Below are positions 8,338 through 16,506 of a stretch of 64,000 bases of DNA, in pieces (position 1 is the first letter of the stretch; every line of letters begins with the position of its first letter). The DNA is taken from positions 1-64,000 of the IMG/VR virus record IMGVR_UViG_2209111019_000003, one strand, 5' to 3'. Origin of the DNA: a virus (Duplodnaviria; Caudoviricetes). The notes beneath the pieces were generated by a model. The model was given only the letters and a program-made list of their open reading frames with translations, was not told where the DNA came from and ran no database searches. A program made the position numbers and the translations under genes.

Positions 8338-9387
8338 GTGACCGCCACCCACGCCGCAGGGGACGCCCGCCACCTACCCCTGGCCGACCAGTCGGTGGAC
8401 CTGGTCGTCACCTCCCCGCCCTACTGGCGCAAGCGCGACTACGGCGTGGCCGGGCAGCTTGGCCAGGAGTCAACCCCGGCCGGGTACACCGCCGCGCTCA
8501 TGGACTGCCTCACCGAATGGGGCCGTGTCCTCACCCCGAGCGGCAGCGTGTTCCTCAACGTCGGCGACGGGTACGCCAAACGCAGCCTCGCCGGGATACC
8601 AGCCCGCATCGAGACCGCCGCCCAGGACGCTGGATGGCTGCTCCGCAATCGGATCATCTGGGCCAAGACCCGGGGCATGCCCGACCCGGCCCGCGACCGC
8701 CTCGCGGGACGGCACGAGTACGTGCTGCACCTGACCCGCCGCGCCTACCACTACGACCTCTTCGGATACGCGGAGCGGTACGGCAACGGCGCCAACCCCG
8801 GCGACGTGTGGGCCATCGAACCCGAGCGGTCCCTGTCCCCACACCTGGCCCCGTTCCCCACCGAACTGGCCCGCCGCGCGATCCTGCTGGGCTGCCCGCG
8901 CCGCGTCTGCACCACCTGCGGACTGGCGCCCCAGCGCATCCTCGGCCGCAGCGCCCGCCTCGATCCGAACCGCCCGCAGGCCGTTCGCGCCATGCAGCTT
9001 GCTGAAGCCGCACGACTGACGCCCGCTCACATCGCGGCGATCCAGGCCACCGGCATCTCGGACGCAGGCAAGGCCATGAAGGTCCAGACCGGGACCGGCC
9101 GCAACAGCGCAGCGGTCCAGGCACTGGCTACTGAGGCGAAGGCTGCGCTCGGCGGGTACTTCCGCGAATACACGATGGCTCCCCGCGTGACCACTGGCTG
9201 GACCGACTGCGACCACGGGGCGTGGCGTCCTGGGCGCGTGCTGGACCCGTTCTCCGGGACCGGCACCACCGGCGTTGCGGCCACCGAGCACGGCGCCGAC
9301 TACATCGGCATCGACCTCGACCCCGCCTGTCACGCCCACGCCCGGAGCAGACGCCCCGCGCAACTCGATCTCACCCCCGCCGCCTGA
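8338..9387 (+). CDS. DNA amino-methyltransferase, beta class (probably N4-cytosine)
   Basis: TSPPY motif IV, HLAPFP, VLDPFSGTGTT motif I; long insert bounded by CxxC and C. Confidence 0.9.
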   Translation: MTATHAAGDARHLPLADQSVDLVVTSPPYWRKRDYGVAGQLGQESTPAGYTAALMDCLTEWGRVLTPSGSVFLNVGDGYAKRSLAGIPARIETAAQDAGWLLRNRIIWAKTRGMPDPARDRLAGRHEYVLHLTRRAYHYDLFGYAERYGNGANPGDVWAIEPERSLSPHLAPFPTELARRAILLGCPRRVCTTCGLAPQRILGRSARLDPNRPQAVRAMQLAEAARLTPAHIAAIQATGISDAGKAMKVQTGTGRNSAAVQALATEAKAALGGYFREYTMAPRVTTGWTDCDHGAWRPGRVLDPFSGTGTTGVAATEHGADYIGIDLDPACHAHARSRRPAQLDLTPAA

Positions 9388-9452
9388 CCCCCACCCCACC
9401 CGCGTGCCCGTGTTCCCGGTTGCCCGGGGACACGGGCCAGAAAGGACCCGCC

Positions 9453-9935
9453 ATGAGCACGCCCGAGACCGTCACCGACCTGCGGCGCGAACTGGAGAAG
9501 GCCCGCGACGCTCTGACCGCCGCCGAACTGCACCTAGCCCGGCACGCCGAGATGAACGCAGCCCTGCACGTATCCGACCGCGTCATGCACTCGCCACTCC
9601 ACGCCAAGGTCCAAGCGGCCATCGTCGGCATCGACCACGCGCTCGCCCGGACTGACCAGCCGAACGTCCCGACACTCGACAGCCGGTCGCCGGACGGCCC
9701 GTGGGCCGCGCTCGTCGCCGACCTCGACCGGTGCCAGCACGGCCGCCACCAAGGCGACGACTGCGCCGACTGCGGCGGCCGGTCCATCGGCAATGCGCGC
9801 TTCGAACCCGGCCAGCCCATCGGCTACGACAGGCACGGCCGCGACATCGTCGTACCCAACCGCGCCGACAAGCACGACCCCGCCGCGTGGCGCACCCGGA
9901 CCGCCCCGGCCGTCGGGGAGCAGCCCCATGCCTGA
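9453..9935 (+). CDS. Hypothetical phage protein
   Basis: RBS GAAAGGA; coiled-coil N-terminus, 'DLDRCQHGRH...C..C' C-terminus. Confidence 0.6.
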   Translation: MSTPETVTDLRRELEKARDALTAAELHLARHAEMNAALHVSDRVMHSPLHAKVQAAIVGIDHALARTDQPNVPTLDSRSPDGPWAALVADLDRCQHGRHQGDDCADCGGRSIGNARFEPGQPIGYDRHGRDIVVPNRADKHDPAAWRTRTAPAVGEQPHA

Positions 9936-10071
9936 CACGTGGGCGGAGGCAGCGGCCCGGATCGCAGCCCGGTGGGCCCACGGTCACGACCAGCTCACCG
10001 ACGGCTGCGCCCTCTGCCAAGCCGAATACGACGAAGCCCGCACCTGGACGACCGGAGCCCCCGATGCCTGA
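9928..10071 (+). CDS. Small His/Cys metal-binding peptide (paralog of 55942-56124)
   Basis: RWAHGHDQLTDGCALCQAE motif. Confidence 0.55.
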   Translation: MPDTWAEAAARIAARWAHGHDQLTDGCALCQAEYDEARTWTTGAPDA

Positions 10072-10131
10072 CGACACCACGACCACCGAGGCAGTGAGTA
10101 ATGCCAGCTATCCCAGAGAGGGAGACCACCA

Positions 10132-10293
10132 GTGATCTGCACCCCCTGCGCCACCGCAGCCGACCACCAGCTCAACCGCGACGCCCACTGCCACAACGCA
10201 GGCTGCACCTGCGGCCACCGCACCGAACGCTACGGAACCGTCACCGAACAGAACACGGCCACAACGCCCCCGAACGGCAGACGCGATGGCTAG
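10132..10293 (+). CDS. Small Cys/His-rich hypothetical protein
   Basis: RBS GAGGGAG; 'ICTPC...HC...CTCGH'. Confidence 0.5.
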   Translation: MICTPCATAADHQLNRDAHCHNAGCTCGHRTERYGTVTEQNTATTPPNGRRDG

Positions 10294-10519
10294 CCCCGGC
10301 GACCAGCGGCCCGCGATCTGGCTGCCCGTCCGCGAACAACTCGCCTACAGCCGGATCGTGCAGCACGAGACCAACGCGCCCGGCCGGCGACTCCTCGACA
10401 TCTGGGCCCGGCCCGAAGACCTCGGGCCGAACGCGGAGCGGATGCTGACGGAAACGTTCAAACTGATGTGGCGCACGCCCGCCGACCCGCACCCCGAAGG
10501 AGACAACCCGTGTCCGTGA
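10286..10519 (+). CDS. Hypothetical phage protein
   Basis: Overlaps both flanking genes in the operon. Confidence 0.5.
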   Translation: MASPGDQRPAIWLPVREQLAYSRIVQHETNAPGRRLLDIWARPEDLGPNAERMLTETFKLMWRTPADPHPEGDNPCP

Positions 10520-10818
10520 AGACCGTCGAACACAAGGCCGCCAAGGGCAGCACGCTCACCCTCGACGAGCTGGCAGCATTCGTGGACGACGCCCGCCGCT
10601 CCGGTGCGACCGGCGGCGAGATCGTCTCCGTCACTGCTTCCTGGGGCGGGAAGATCCAGAAGCTCGCGGTCGAAGTGCAGGCGGGCGCAGAACCAGTGGC
10701 CCCTGAAGGGCGGATCGAGACGACGAAGGACGGAACCTTGGAAGTCGTTCCGTGGACGAAGCAGCAAGTCGAAGAGTGGAACCGCACCGGCCGGACCCCG
10801 CGCCCCGACAAGGCGTGA
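10510..10818 (+). CDS. Hypothetical phage protein
   Basis: RBS GAAGGAG before GTG. Confidence 0.6.
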   Translation: MSVKTVEHKAAKGSTLTLDELAAFVDDARRSGATGGEIVSVTASWGGKIQKLAVEVQAGAEPVAPEGRIETTKDGTLEVVPWTKQQVEEWNRTGRTPRPDKA

Positions 10819-11027
10819 CCGCCGACGACGCCCCGCTGCCCGGCCTCGATGACGAGGGGCTGGCGGCGGGGCGCAGTCTTGTCCGCTGCGGAATGTGCGG
10901 GCATCCGCTCACCGGCCGAGAGGCGAGGCTCAGGGGACTCGGGGACGACTGCGCCGCGAAGCTCGGGTGGCGAGGCGTCCGCGGGCCCGGCAGGTTCGAG
11001 ATGGAGCAGGACGGGCTGTTCGGCTAG
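10815..11027 (+). CDS. DUF6011-like zinc-ribbon protein
   Basis: 'CGMCGHPLTGREARLRGLGDDCAAK'. Confidence 0.7.
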   Translation: MTADDAPLPGLDDEGLAAGRSLVRCGMCGHPLTGREARLRGLGDDCAAKLGWRGVRGPGRFEMEQDGLFG

Positions 11028-11028
11028 A

Positions 11029-12057
11029 TCACAGTCCGATGTCCTCCGATGCGGCGTCGGTCCACTTGTCGGCTTCGCGGATGTAGCCCCAGAAGGCGGG
11101 GCTGTTCTCGGCGTGCCCGGACTGCTCGCGGATCTTCTCCTCGCGCTTCCCGGCCCGGCGGGAGGTGGTGATGAACCCGGCTCGCATGCTGTGTCCGGTC
11201 AGTCGGACTGCGACGCCTGCGCGTTCGGCGTTGCGGGCGATGATCTCGCGGACGGCTTCGGCGGTCAGGTGGCGTTCGGGGATGTTGCCCCACTTGTCGA
11301 TCGCGCGGAAGGCCGGTCCGGTAGTGATGCCGGCTGCTGCCTTCCAGGTGGACCATGCTCGGACGGGGCAGGTGTCGGGGTTCTTGCCGTACATGACGAC
11401 GACTTCGCGGGCGGGCCGTCCCTTGACGCCGGGGACGCGGACTTTGAGGCCTTCGCTGTGGAGGGTGATGCCGTCGGTGCGGAGGGCGGCGACTTCGGCG
11501 GAGCGGCCTGCGATGAAGAAGGCCATGAGCCAGAGGGCGCGGTCTCGGAGGCCGGTGAGTCCGTCGGGGATGGCGGCGGCCATCTGCTTGAGTTGTTCGG
11601 GGGTGGCTGCTTTGGCTTGGCCTCGGCCGCGGGCGATTCGGTCCTCGTCGGCCTTGAGCGGCTTGAGGGCTTGGCGGGCGGCGACGGTGGCTTCCTTGGG
11701 GACTTCGATGCCGTGTTCGCGGCGGGCCGTGACGGTGACGCCGGTGATCCTGCGGTCGATGCTGTTGGGTGCGGCTAGCTTGATGGTGTCGAGCCAGACG
11801 ACGAACCCGACGAGAGTGCCCTTGGTGACGGCGGTGGACGGCATGCGGTGGCCGGTGCGGTCGGCGAGCCAGTCGTGGAACTGCTCCCACAACGCCCAGT
11901 CGTTGGCGTAACCGCGCTTCGTGTTGTGGGGACGGATCGCGTCGAGGTGCTCGTCTGCAGCCTTCTCCATGGCGGCGAGGACGGCGAGCGTCGCAGCGTC
12001 GTAGACGGCGGGAGTAGCCTCCGGCTGATGCGGGACGAGAGCGGCGGAGTCGGTCAC
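11029..12057 (-). CDS. Cre-like tyrosine recombinase
   Basis: SAM-like N-domain 'NTKRGYANDW'; 'GLRDRAL...GRSAEV' (R), K, 'GHSMRAG' (HxxR), 'SGH', 'WGY' (catalytic Y); no arm-binding domain. Confidence 0.88.
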   Translation of the reverse strand: MTDSAALVPHQPEATPAVYDAATLAVLAAMEKAADEHLDAIRPHNTKRGYANDWALWEQFHDWLADRTGHRMPSTAVTKGTLVGFVVWLDTIKLAAPNSIDRRITGVTVTARREHGIEVPKEATVAARQALKPLKADEDRIARGRGQAKAATPEQLKQMAAAIPDGLTGLRDRALWLMAFFIAGRSAEVAALRTDGITLHSEGLKVRVPGVKGRPAREVVVMYGKNPDTCPVRAWSTWKAAAGITTGPAFRAIDKWGNIPERHLTAEAVREIIARNAERAGVAVRLTGHSMRAGFITTSRRAGKREEKIREQSGHAENSPAFWGYIREADKWTDAASEDIGL

Positions 12058-12293
12058 GACGCCTCGATCCGGAATCGATGGCCGCACGGCTCGATGTTGA
12101 CGAGCACATCGCCGTTGAGGTTCCTGCTGTCGGCGATCTCGGTGGCCGCGGCGCTGCACTCGGGGCATGCGGGAAGCGGCGGGTAGTCCGGCTGTTGGAG
12201 CAGTCCGGCCAGAATGGTCGCCTGTCGCTCCTGAAGTTGAAATTCAAGGAGCGCGCCCCACTCGCGGCTGATGTTGATGCGGTCGTTTGCCAT
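12054..12293 (-). CDS. Small zinc-ribbon protein co-transcribed with the recombinase
   Basis: CPEC...PCGH; -10 TACAAT just before the ATG; GTGA overlap with the recombinase. Confidence 0.6.
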   Translation of the reverse strand: MANDRINISREWGALLEFQLQERQATILAGLLQQPDYPPLPACPECSAAATEIADSRNLNGDVLVNIEPCGHRFRIEAS

Positions 12294-12313
12294 GCCTGAT
12301 TGTACCGGTTTTT

Positions 12314-12343
12314 CGCCCGTGATATGGCATGTTATCGCGAGTG
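12314..12343. other. Candidate lox/dif-like recombination site
   Basis: CGCCCGTGATAT-GGCATG-TTATCGCGAGTG: imperfect inverted arms around a 6-8 bp spacer, directly upstream of the recombinase operon. Confidence 0.5.
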
Positions 12344-12467
12344 GCATCGTCCATGTGGGGGAGTCGACGGCACCCCTTTCGTGTCACAGCTCCGTCACTG
12401 CCGCCGCCCCCCGAGCCGTCGACTGTCACGCTCATCCCCGCCACAACCACCCAGAGGGGGACTGATC

Positions 12468-13097
12468 GTGCACACCCGCACAACACTCGCCGCCAGCCTG
12501 CTCGCCGCCGGCGCTCTCACGCTCACCGCATGCTCCAGCACCAGCAGCGGCACTGACGCCGCAACCCAGCCGGCCAGCACCAAGAAACCCACGGCGACCA
12601 AGTCGGTCGACTGCTCGGACCCGAACCTCAGCCAGGCCCAATGGACCGCGCACTGCGACACCAGCGCCAAACCCAGGAGCCTGCACCTGCAGTTCGGGCA
12701 GACATACACCTGGCCTGACGGGGTGAAGGCCACCGTCACCGAGGCGAAGGTCTTCACGGCCTACGACAAGAGCATCGACGAGAAGCCCACCCCGGGCGCC
12801 GTCGACTACCAGGTCATGGTGAAGGTGACGAACGGCAGCCACGTCCCCCTCGACCTCGGCAACCTGTCCGTCATCACCGAAGGCGCCACGAACGGCGGCG
12901 AAGCGTCCATCACCGGCTGGACCAACGCCGCACCCGGCTTCGAAGGCCGTCTCGCCCCCGGTGTGACCGTGACGAAGGCTGACCAGGAGACCCTGCAGAA
13001 CAAGTTCGGCCGGAAGATCGTCGTCACCGTGCAGCGCACAAGCGCCGACAGCACCGTCATGGACTTCCCCGAGTTCACAGGCTCGATCACCAGCTGA
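12468..13097 (+). CDS. Lipoprotein (DUF4352-like beta-sandwich; possible superinfection exclusion)
   Basis: Signal peptide with lipobox LTAC, S/T-rich linker, beta-rich C-domain. Confidence 0.75.
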   Translation: MHTRTTLAASLLAAGALTLTACSSTSSGTDAATQPASTKKPTATKSVDCSDPNLSQAQWTAHCDTSAKPRSLHLQFGQTYTWPDGVKATVTEAKVFTAYDKSIDEKPTPGAVDYQVMVKVTNGSHVPLDLGNLSVITEGATNGGEASITGWTNAAPGFEGRLAPGVTVTKADQETLQNKFGRKIVVTVQRTSADSTVMDFPEFTGSITS

Positions 13098-13110
13098 GGC
13101 CAGACGTGCC

Positions 13111-13146
13111 GCGGCCCCCGGGGACCCTCCAGGCCCCGGGGGCCGC
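13111..13146. terminator. Stem-loop between convergent genes
   Basis: GCGGCCCCCGGGG / CCCCGGGGGCCGC 13-bp stem. Confidence 0.65.
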
Positions 13147-13167
13147 TCACCCAGCCCCGCCGGGTGG

Positions 13168-13359
13168 TCAGTGGCCGCCCCGCCGCCTACGGGTCCTCGC
13201 CGCCTTGCGGGCCATCACGGACCGCTGCACGCGCGTCCGGCCCGCGTTGCTGATGCGAGCCGCCTTCGACTTGGACGCTCCCTGCCGGCGCAGCGCCTTG
13301 TACACGCGCTGACGATTGAGGTAGACGAAGCCCCAGCGTCCGCCACGGTCAGAGACCAT
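13168..13359 (-). CDS. Small highly basic protein
   Basis: 'YKALRRQGASKSKAARISNA' motif; R/K-rich. Confidence 0.65.
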   Translation of the reverse strand: MVSDRGGRWGFVYLNRQRVYKALRRQGASKSKAARISNAGRTRVQRSVMARKAARTRRRRGGH

Positions 13360-13482
13360 CACATGTCTCCGCGATTCCTCGTCATCGTTCCCATCTCCGC
13401 CCATCAGGTATCAGAATCGAAGACGTAAGGCCAAAATGGCCTACGATTCAAAGGTACCCGCACGGTAGGCCGGAGGCACCCG

Positions 13483-14085
13483 ATGAGCGACACCACCGAG
13501 TGGGAGCACGACGACATCCCGCCGCCGCCCCCCAGGCTGGAACAGCCCCGCAACGCCGGCAACCACATGTTCATGTCGCCCCGCAATCAGCGCGAACGCG
13601 ACGTATGGGCAGCCGAACGGTGGACCAAGAACGGCTGGACGTTCGAGCAGATCGCAGAGGCCCTAGAAGTCGCCGGCAGGAGCCGCGCATACCTCTACGT
13701 GAAGCGCGGCCTCGCCATCACCGGCGCCCCCGTGGAAGCAGCCGCCGCCGAAGCCCGCGCTATCCACCGCGCCCGCTTGGAGATGGCCACCGAAGCGGCC
13801 CTGCAAGTCCTGGAGAACCCACACGTCACTGTCTCCAACGGGCAGATCATCCGCGTCGATGGGAAGCCGCTGCCTGACGACGGGCCGGTCCTCGCCGCGA
13901 TTGACCGCATCGTGAAGATCTCCGAGAGCCTGCGAAAGCTCGACGGAATCGACGCGGCCACGAAGGTCGACGCCAACATCACGGTCAACCCGCAGGACAT
14001 CGAACTAGCCCAGATCATCCGGCAGACCGAGGAGGCGAACGAGGCCCAAGTCGCCCTGATCAAGGGCGAAAACGCCGATGACTAG
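13483..14085 (+). CDS. Terminase small subunit
   Basis: RBS GGAGG; HTH 'GWTFEQIAEALEV'; 'AIDRIVKI...KLDGIDA'; first gene of the late module. Confidence 0.75.
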   Translation: MSDTTEWEHDDIPPPPPRLEQPRNAGNHMFMSPRNQRERDVWAAERWTKNGWTFEQIAEALEVAGRSRAYLYVKRGLAITGAPVEAAAAEARAIHRARLEMATEAALQVLENPHVTVSNGQIIRVDGKPLPDDGPVLAAIDRIVKISESLRKLDGIDAATKVDANITVNPQDIELAQIIRQTEEANEAQVALIKGENADD

Positions 14086-14185
14086 CCCTCTGATCTGCGA
14101 CAATAGAAGGACAGTTGAACACGGAGGACCCCGGCGAGTGCTACCAACACTCCCGGGGCATGGCCGATCTACAAAGGAGATCGAC

Positions 14186-14854
14186 ATGGTCGAGGCTACA
14201 TGCGTCGTGCGCGATTGCGTGAGGGGCGTCTACGTCAAGAAGTACGGGTGGTGCAACGCGCACTACCAGCGGTGGCGAAAGTACGGGGACCCAGAAGGCC
14301 GAGCCGTCGTCACTGGAGGACTGCCCTGCACGTTCACGGACTGCCCTCACCCCAGACGGTACGACCGCCTTTGCATGGGCCACTACAACCAGCAGCGCCA
14401 GGGCCGGCCGCTCGCCCCGCTGCGGAGGACCACGGACCCGACGGCGAGGGATGCCCACGGACGTAAGCAGTGCCGTCGCTGCGAAGCATGGCTGGCGACC
14501 GAGTCCTTCTGCACCAACAAGGCGAGGCCGGATGGGCTCGCTGCGTACTGCCGGCGCTGCGAGCGGGACAAGGCTCTGATCCACAACTACGGCATCACGT
14601 TGGCGCAGTGGGAAGTGATGTTCGAGGCGCAGGGCGGGGGTTGCGCCATATGCGGGCGACTCAGCAAGGGCGGCAAGCCCTTGTTCGTTGATCACGATCA
14701 CGCGTGCTGTGCTGGTCAGAGAACCTGTGGGCGCTGCGTGAGGGCCCTGCTGTGCGGCGACTGCAACCTCGGCATCGGCTACTTCACTGACAGCATTGAC
14801 CGACTGGAAGAGGCCGTCGCATACCTCGCCCGGCATGCTCGGAGGCGCAGTTGA
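14186..14854 (+). CDS. Endonuclease VII-family (homing-type) endonuclease
   Basis: RBS AAAGGAG; 'YGIT...QGGGCAICG...VDHDH...VRALLCGDCNLGIG'; N-terminal Zn-finger repeats. Confidence 0.88.
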   Translation: MVEATCVVRDCVRGVYVKKYGWCNAHYQRWRKYGDPEGRAVVTGGLPCTFTDCPHPRRYDRLCMGHYNQQRQGRPLAPLRRTTDPTARDAHGRKQCRRCEAWLATESFCTNKARPDGLAAYCRRCERDKALIHNYGITLAQWEVMFEAQGGGCAICGRLSKGGKPLFVDHDHACCAGQRTCGRCVRALLCGDCNLGIGYFTDSIDRLEEAVAYLARHARRRS

Positions 14855-16407
14855 CCAGCTACCTCTGCGATCCCGACGGAGCTCCCTACGATGCCGGTAC
14901 GTTCGACCTTGGCGACTATGCCGCCAGGATCGACCCGCGCCTCCTGGAGAGCTCTGCTGGCCGGCGGGCCCTGACGCGGCTTGATCCCCTGCTCTGGGCC
15001 GTGCTCTACGTACCGCACCTGCTGAAGGACCAGGAGGGCCGCATCACCTTCGGGGACGTCCACCTCGGCATCTACCGCGACGCCCTCAACCTGGTGCGCG
15101 ACCCGGGCCCGAAGGAAGCACGCGACGCCTACGTCGCGCCCCGAGGCTCCGGCAAGAGCACCACTCTCTTCCTGATCGTCCCCCTGTGGGCTGCCTGCCA
15201 CGGCTGGGTGCGCTTCGTGGCTGCCTTCAGCAGCTCCGCAACACAGGCGCAGGACCACCTCGCTGGACTGCGAAGGGAGATGCAGGTCAATAAGCTGCTC
15301 CGCGAGGACTATGCGGAGGTCGTAGAGCCCGCGCGCAAGGCCAACGGCACCCCCGTTGCGGACAGTCAGTCGATGCTCCACACCCGCTCAGGGTTTTCCT
15401 TCGCTGCTCGCGGCATCGACACGGAAGTCCTCGGCCTGGTCGACCCCGAGAACCGACGCCCCGACATGCTGCTTCTCGACGACATCGAGGGCGAGGAAGG
15501 GGCCGGCTACTCCGTCTATCAGGCGAAGAAGCGCCGTACCACGCTGATCGACGGCATCCTCCCGATGAACGACAGGGCCCACGTGAAACTCGTCGGCACC
15601 GTGAACCTGCCGGGAGGACTCCTCGACCAGTTGACCAAGAGCGTCACGTCTCCCGCCCCGCCCGAGCAGTGGATCGTCGATGAGCGGTTCCGCGTCACCT
15701 ACTTCCCGCCGCTCGTCGACCTGCCAGACGGCACGCAGCGGTCCCTGTGGCCCGGCCGCTGGAGCACCGAGTACCTGCAGTCCATCGCTGCGACGCGGAG
15801 CTATCAGAAGAACTTCGCGAACAAGCCCGTCCCGGAGGACGCCGAGTACTGGTCGCCGTCGGACTTCACCTACGAGGACTTCGCGTCCGTCCGGGAACTG
15901 CTGTCGGTGGACGGCGCAGTCACGACGAAGAAGGGCTCGGACTACACCGGCCTGTCGGTGATCGGCTGGGCTCCGCAGTCTCAAGAGGCCCCAGCGCGCT
16001 GCGTGGTCAGGCATGCCGAGCGCGTCAAGTTGCAAGGTGCCGCGCTCAGGGAGCGGGTGCTTGCGCTTCTCGACTCGTTCCCGAACATCGCAGCCGTGCT
16101 GGTGGAGACGAACCAGGGCGGCGACATGTGGCGTGAGGTGCTGCGTGGTCTGCCCGTGAAGCTGATCACCGTGCACAACACGGAGCCGAAGACGGTCCGG
16201 GCAGGTCGGCTGCTGAACCTGTACCAGATGATCCCGACCCGCGTTGTGCACGCCAAGCCGTTGCCAGCGTTGGAAGAAGAGATGACGGCGTTCCCGAACG
16301 TGCTGCACGACGACCTCACGGACAGCGTGGGGAACGGAGTGTTGCGGTTCCTGCGGCCGCAGAAGAGGCAGGCTCCGTCTTCGGCTTCAAGCGCCTCATA
16401 CGTCTAG
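14851..16407 (+). CDS. terL: Terminase large subunit
   Basis: Walker A APRGSGKST, Walker B LLLDDIE, nuclease 'SVDGA...SDYT', 'HDDLTD'; TTG start. Confidence 0.92.
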   Translation: MTSYLCDPDGAPYDAGTFDLGDYAARIDPRLLESSAGRRALTRLDPLLWAVLYVPHLLKDQEGRITFGDVHLGIYRDALNLVRDPGPKEARDAYVAPRGSGKSTTLFLIVPLWAACHGWVRFVAAFSSSATQAQDHLAGLRREMQVNKLLREDYAEVVEPARKANGTPVADSQSMLHTRSGFSFAARGIDTEVLGLVDPENRRPDMLLLDDIEGEEGAGYSVYQAKKRRTTLIDGILPMNDRAHVKLVGTVNLPGGLLDQLTKSVTSPAPPEQWIVDERFRVTYFPPLVDLPDGTQRSLWPGRWSTEYLQSIAATRSYQKNFANKPVPEDAEYWSPSDFTYEDFASVRELLSVDGAVTTKKGSDYTGLSVIGWAPQSQEAPARCVVRHAERVKLQGAALRERVLALLDSFPNIAAVLVETNQGGDMWREVLRGLPVKLITVHNTEPKTVRAGRLLNLYQMIPTRVVHAKPLPALEEEMTAFPNVLHDDLTDSVGNGVLRFLRPQKRQAPSSASSASYV

Positions 16408-16506
16408 GTCCTGTGATTCGCAGGCGCACGTCCTTTCGGACGCGCCTACCTGCATCCTGACATGCCCGCTATCCTTCGATTCAAAGGGTCTAGTGGGAGG
16501 TTCGCC

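Noticed and set aside
5559-9387. Restriction-modification or BREX/DISARM defence system
   Set aside because: No restriction endonuclease, helicase or PglZ-like gene nearby; context is the phage early operon
14078-14854. Group I intron or intein in terminase
   Set aside because: terL is intact from 14851 with all motifs, and the non-coding part is too short for a ribozyme core
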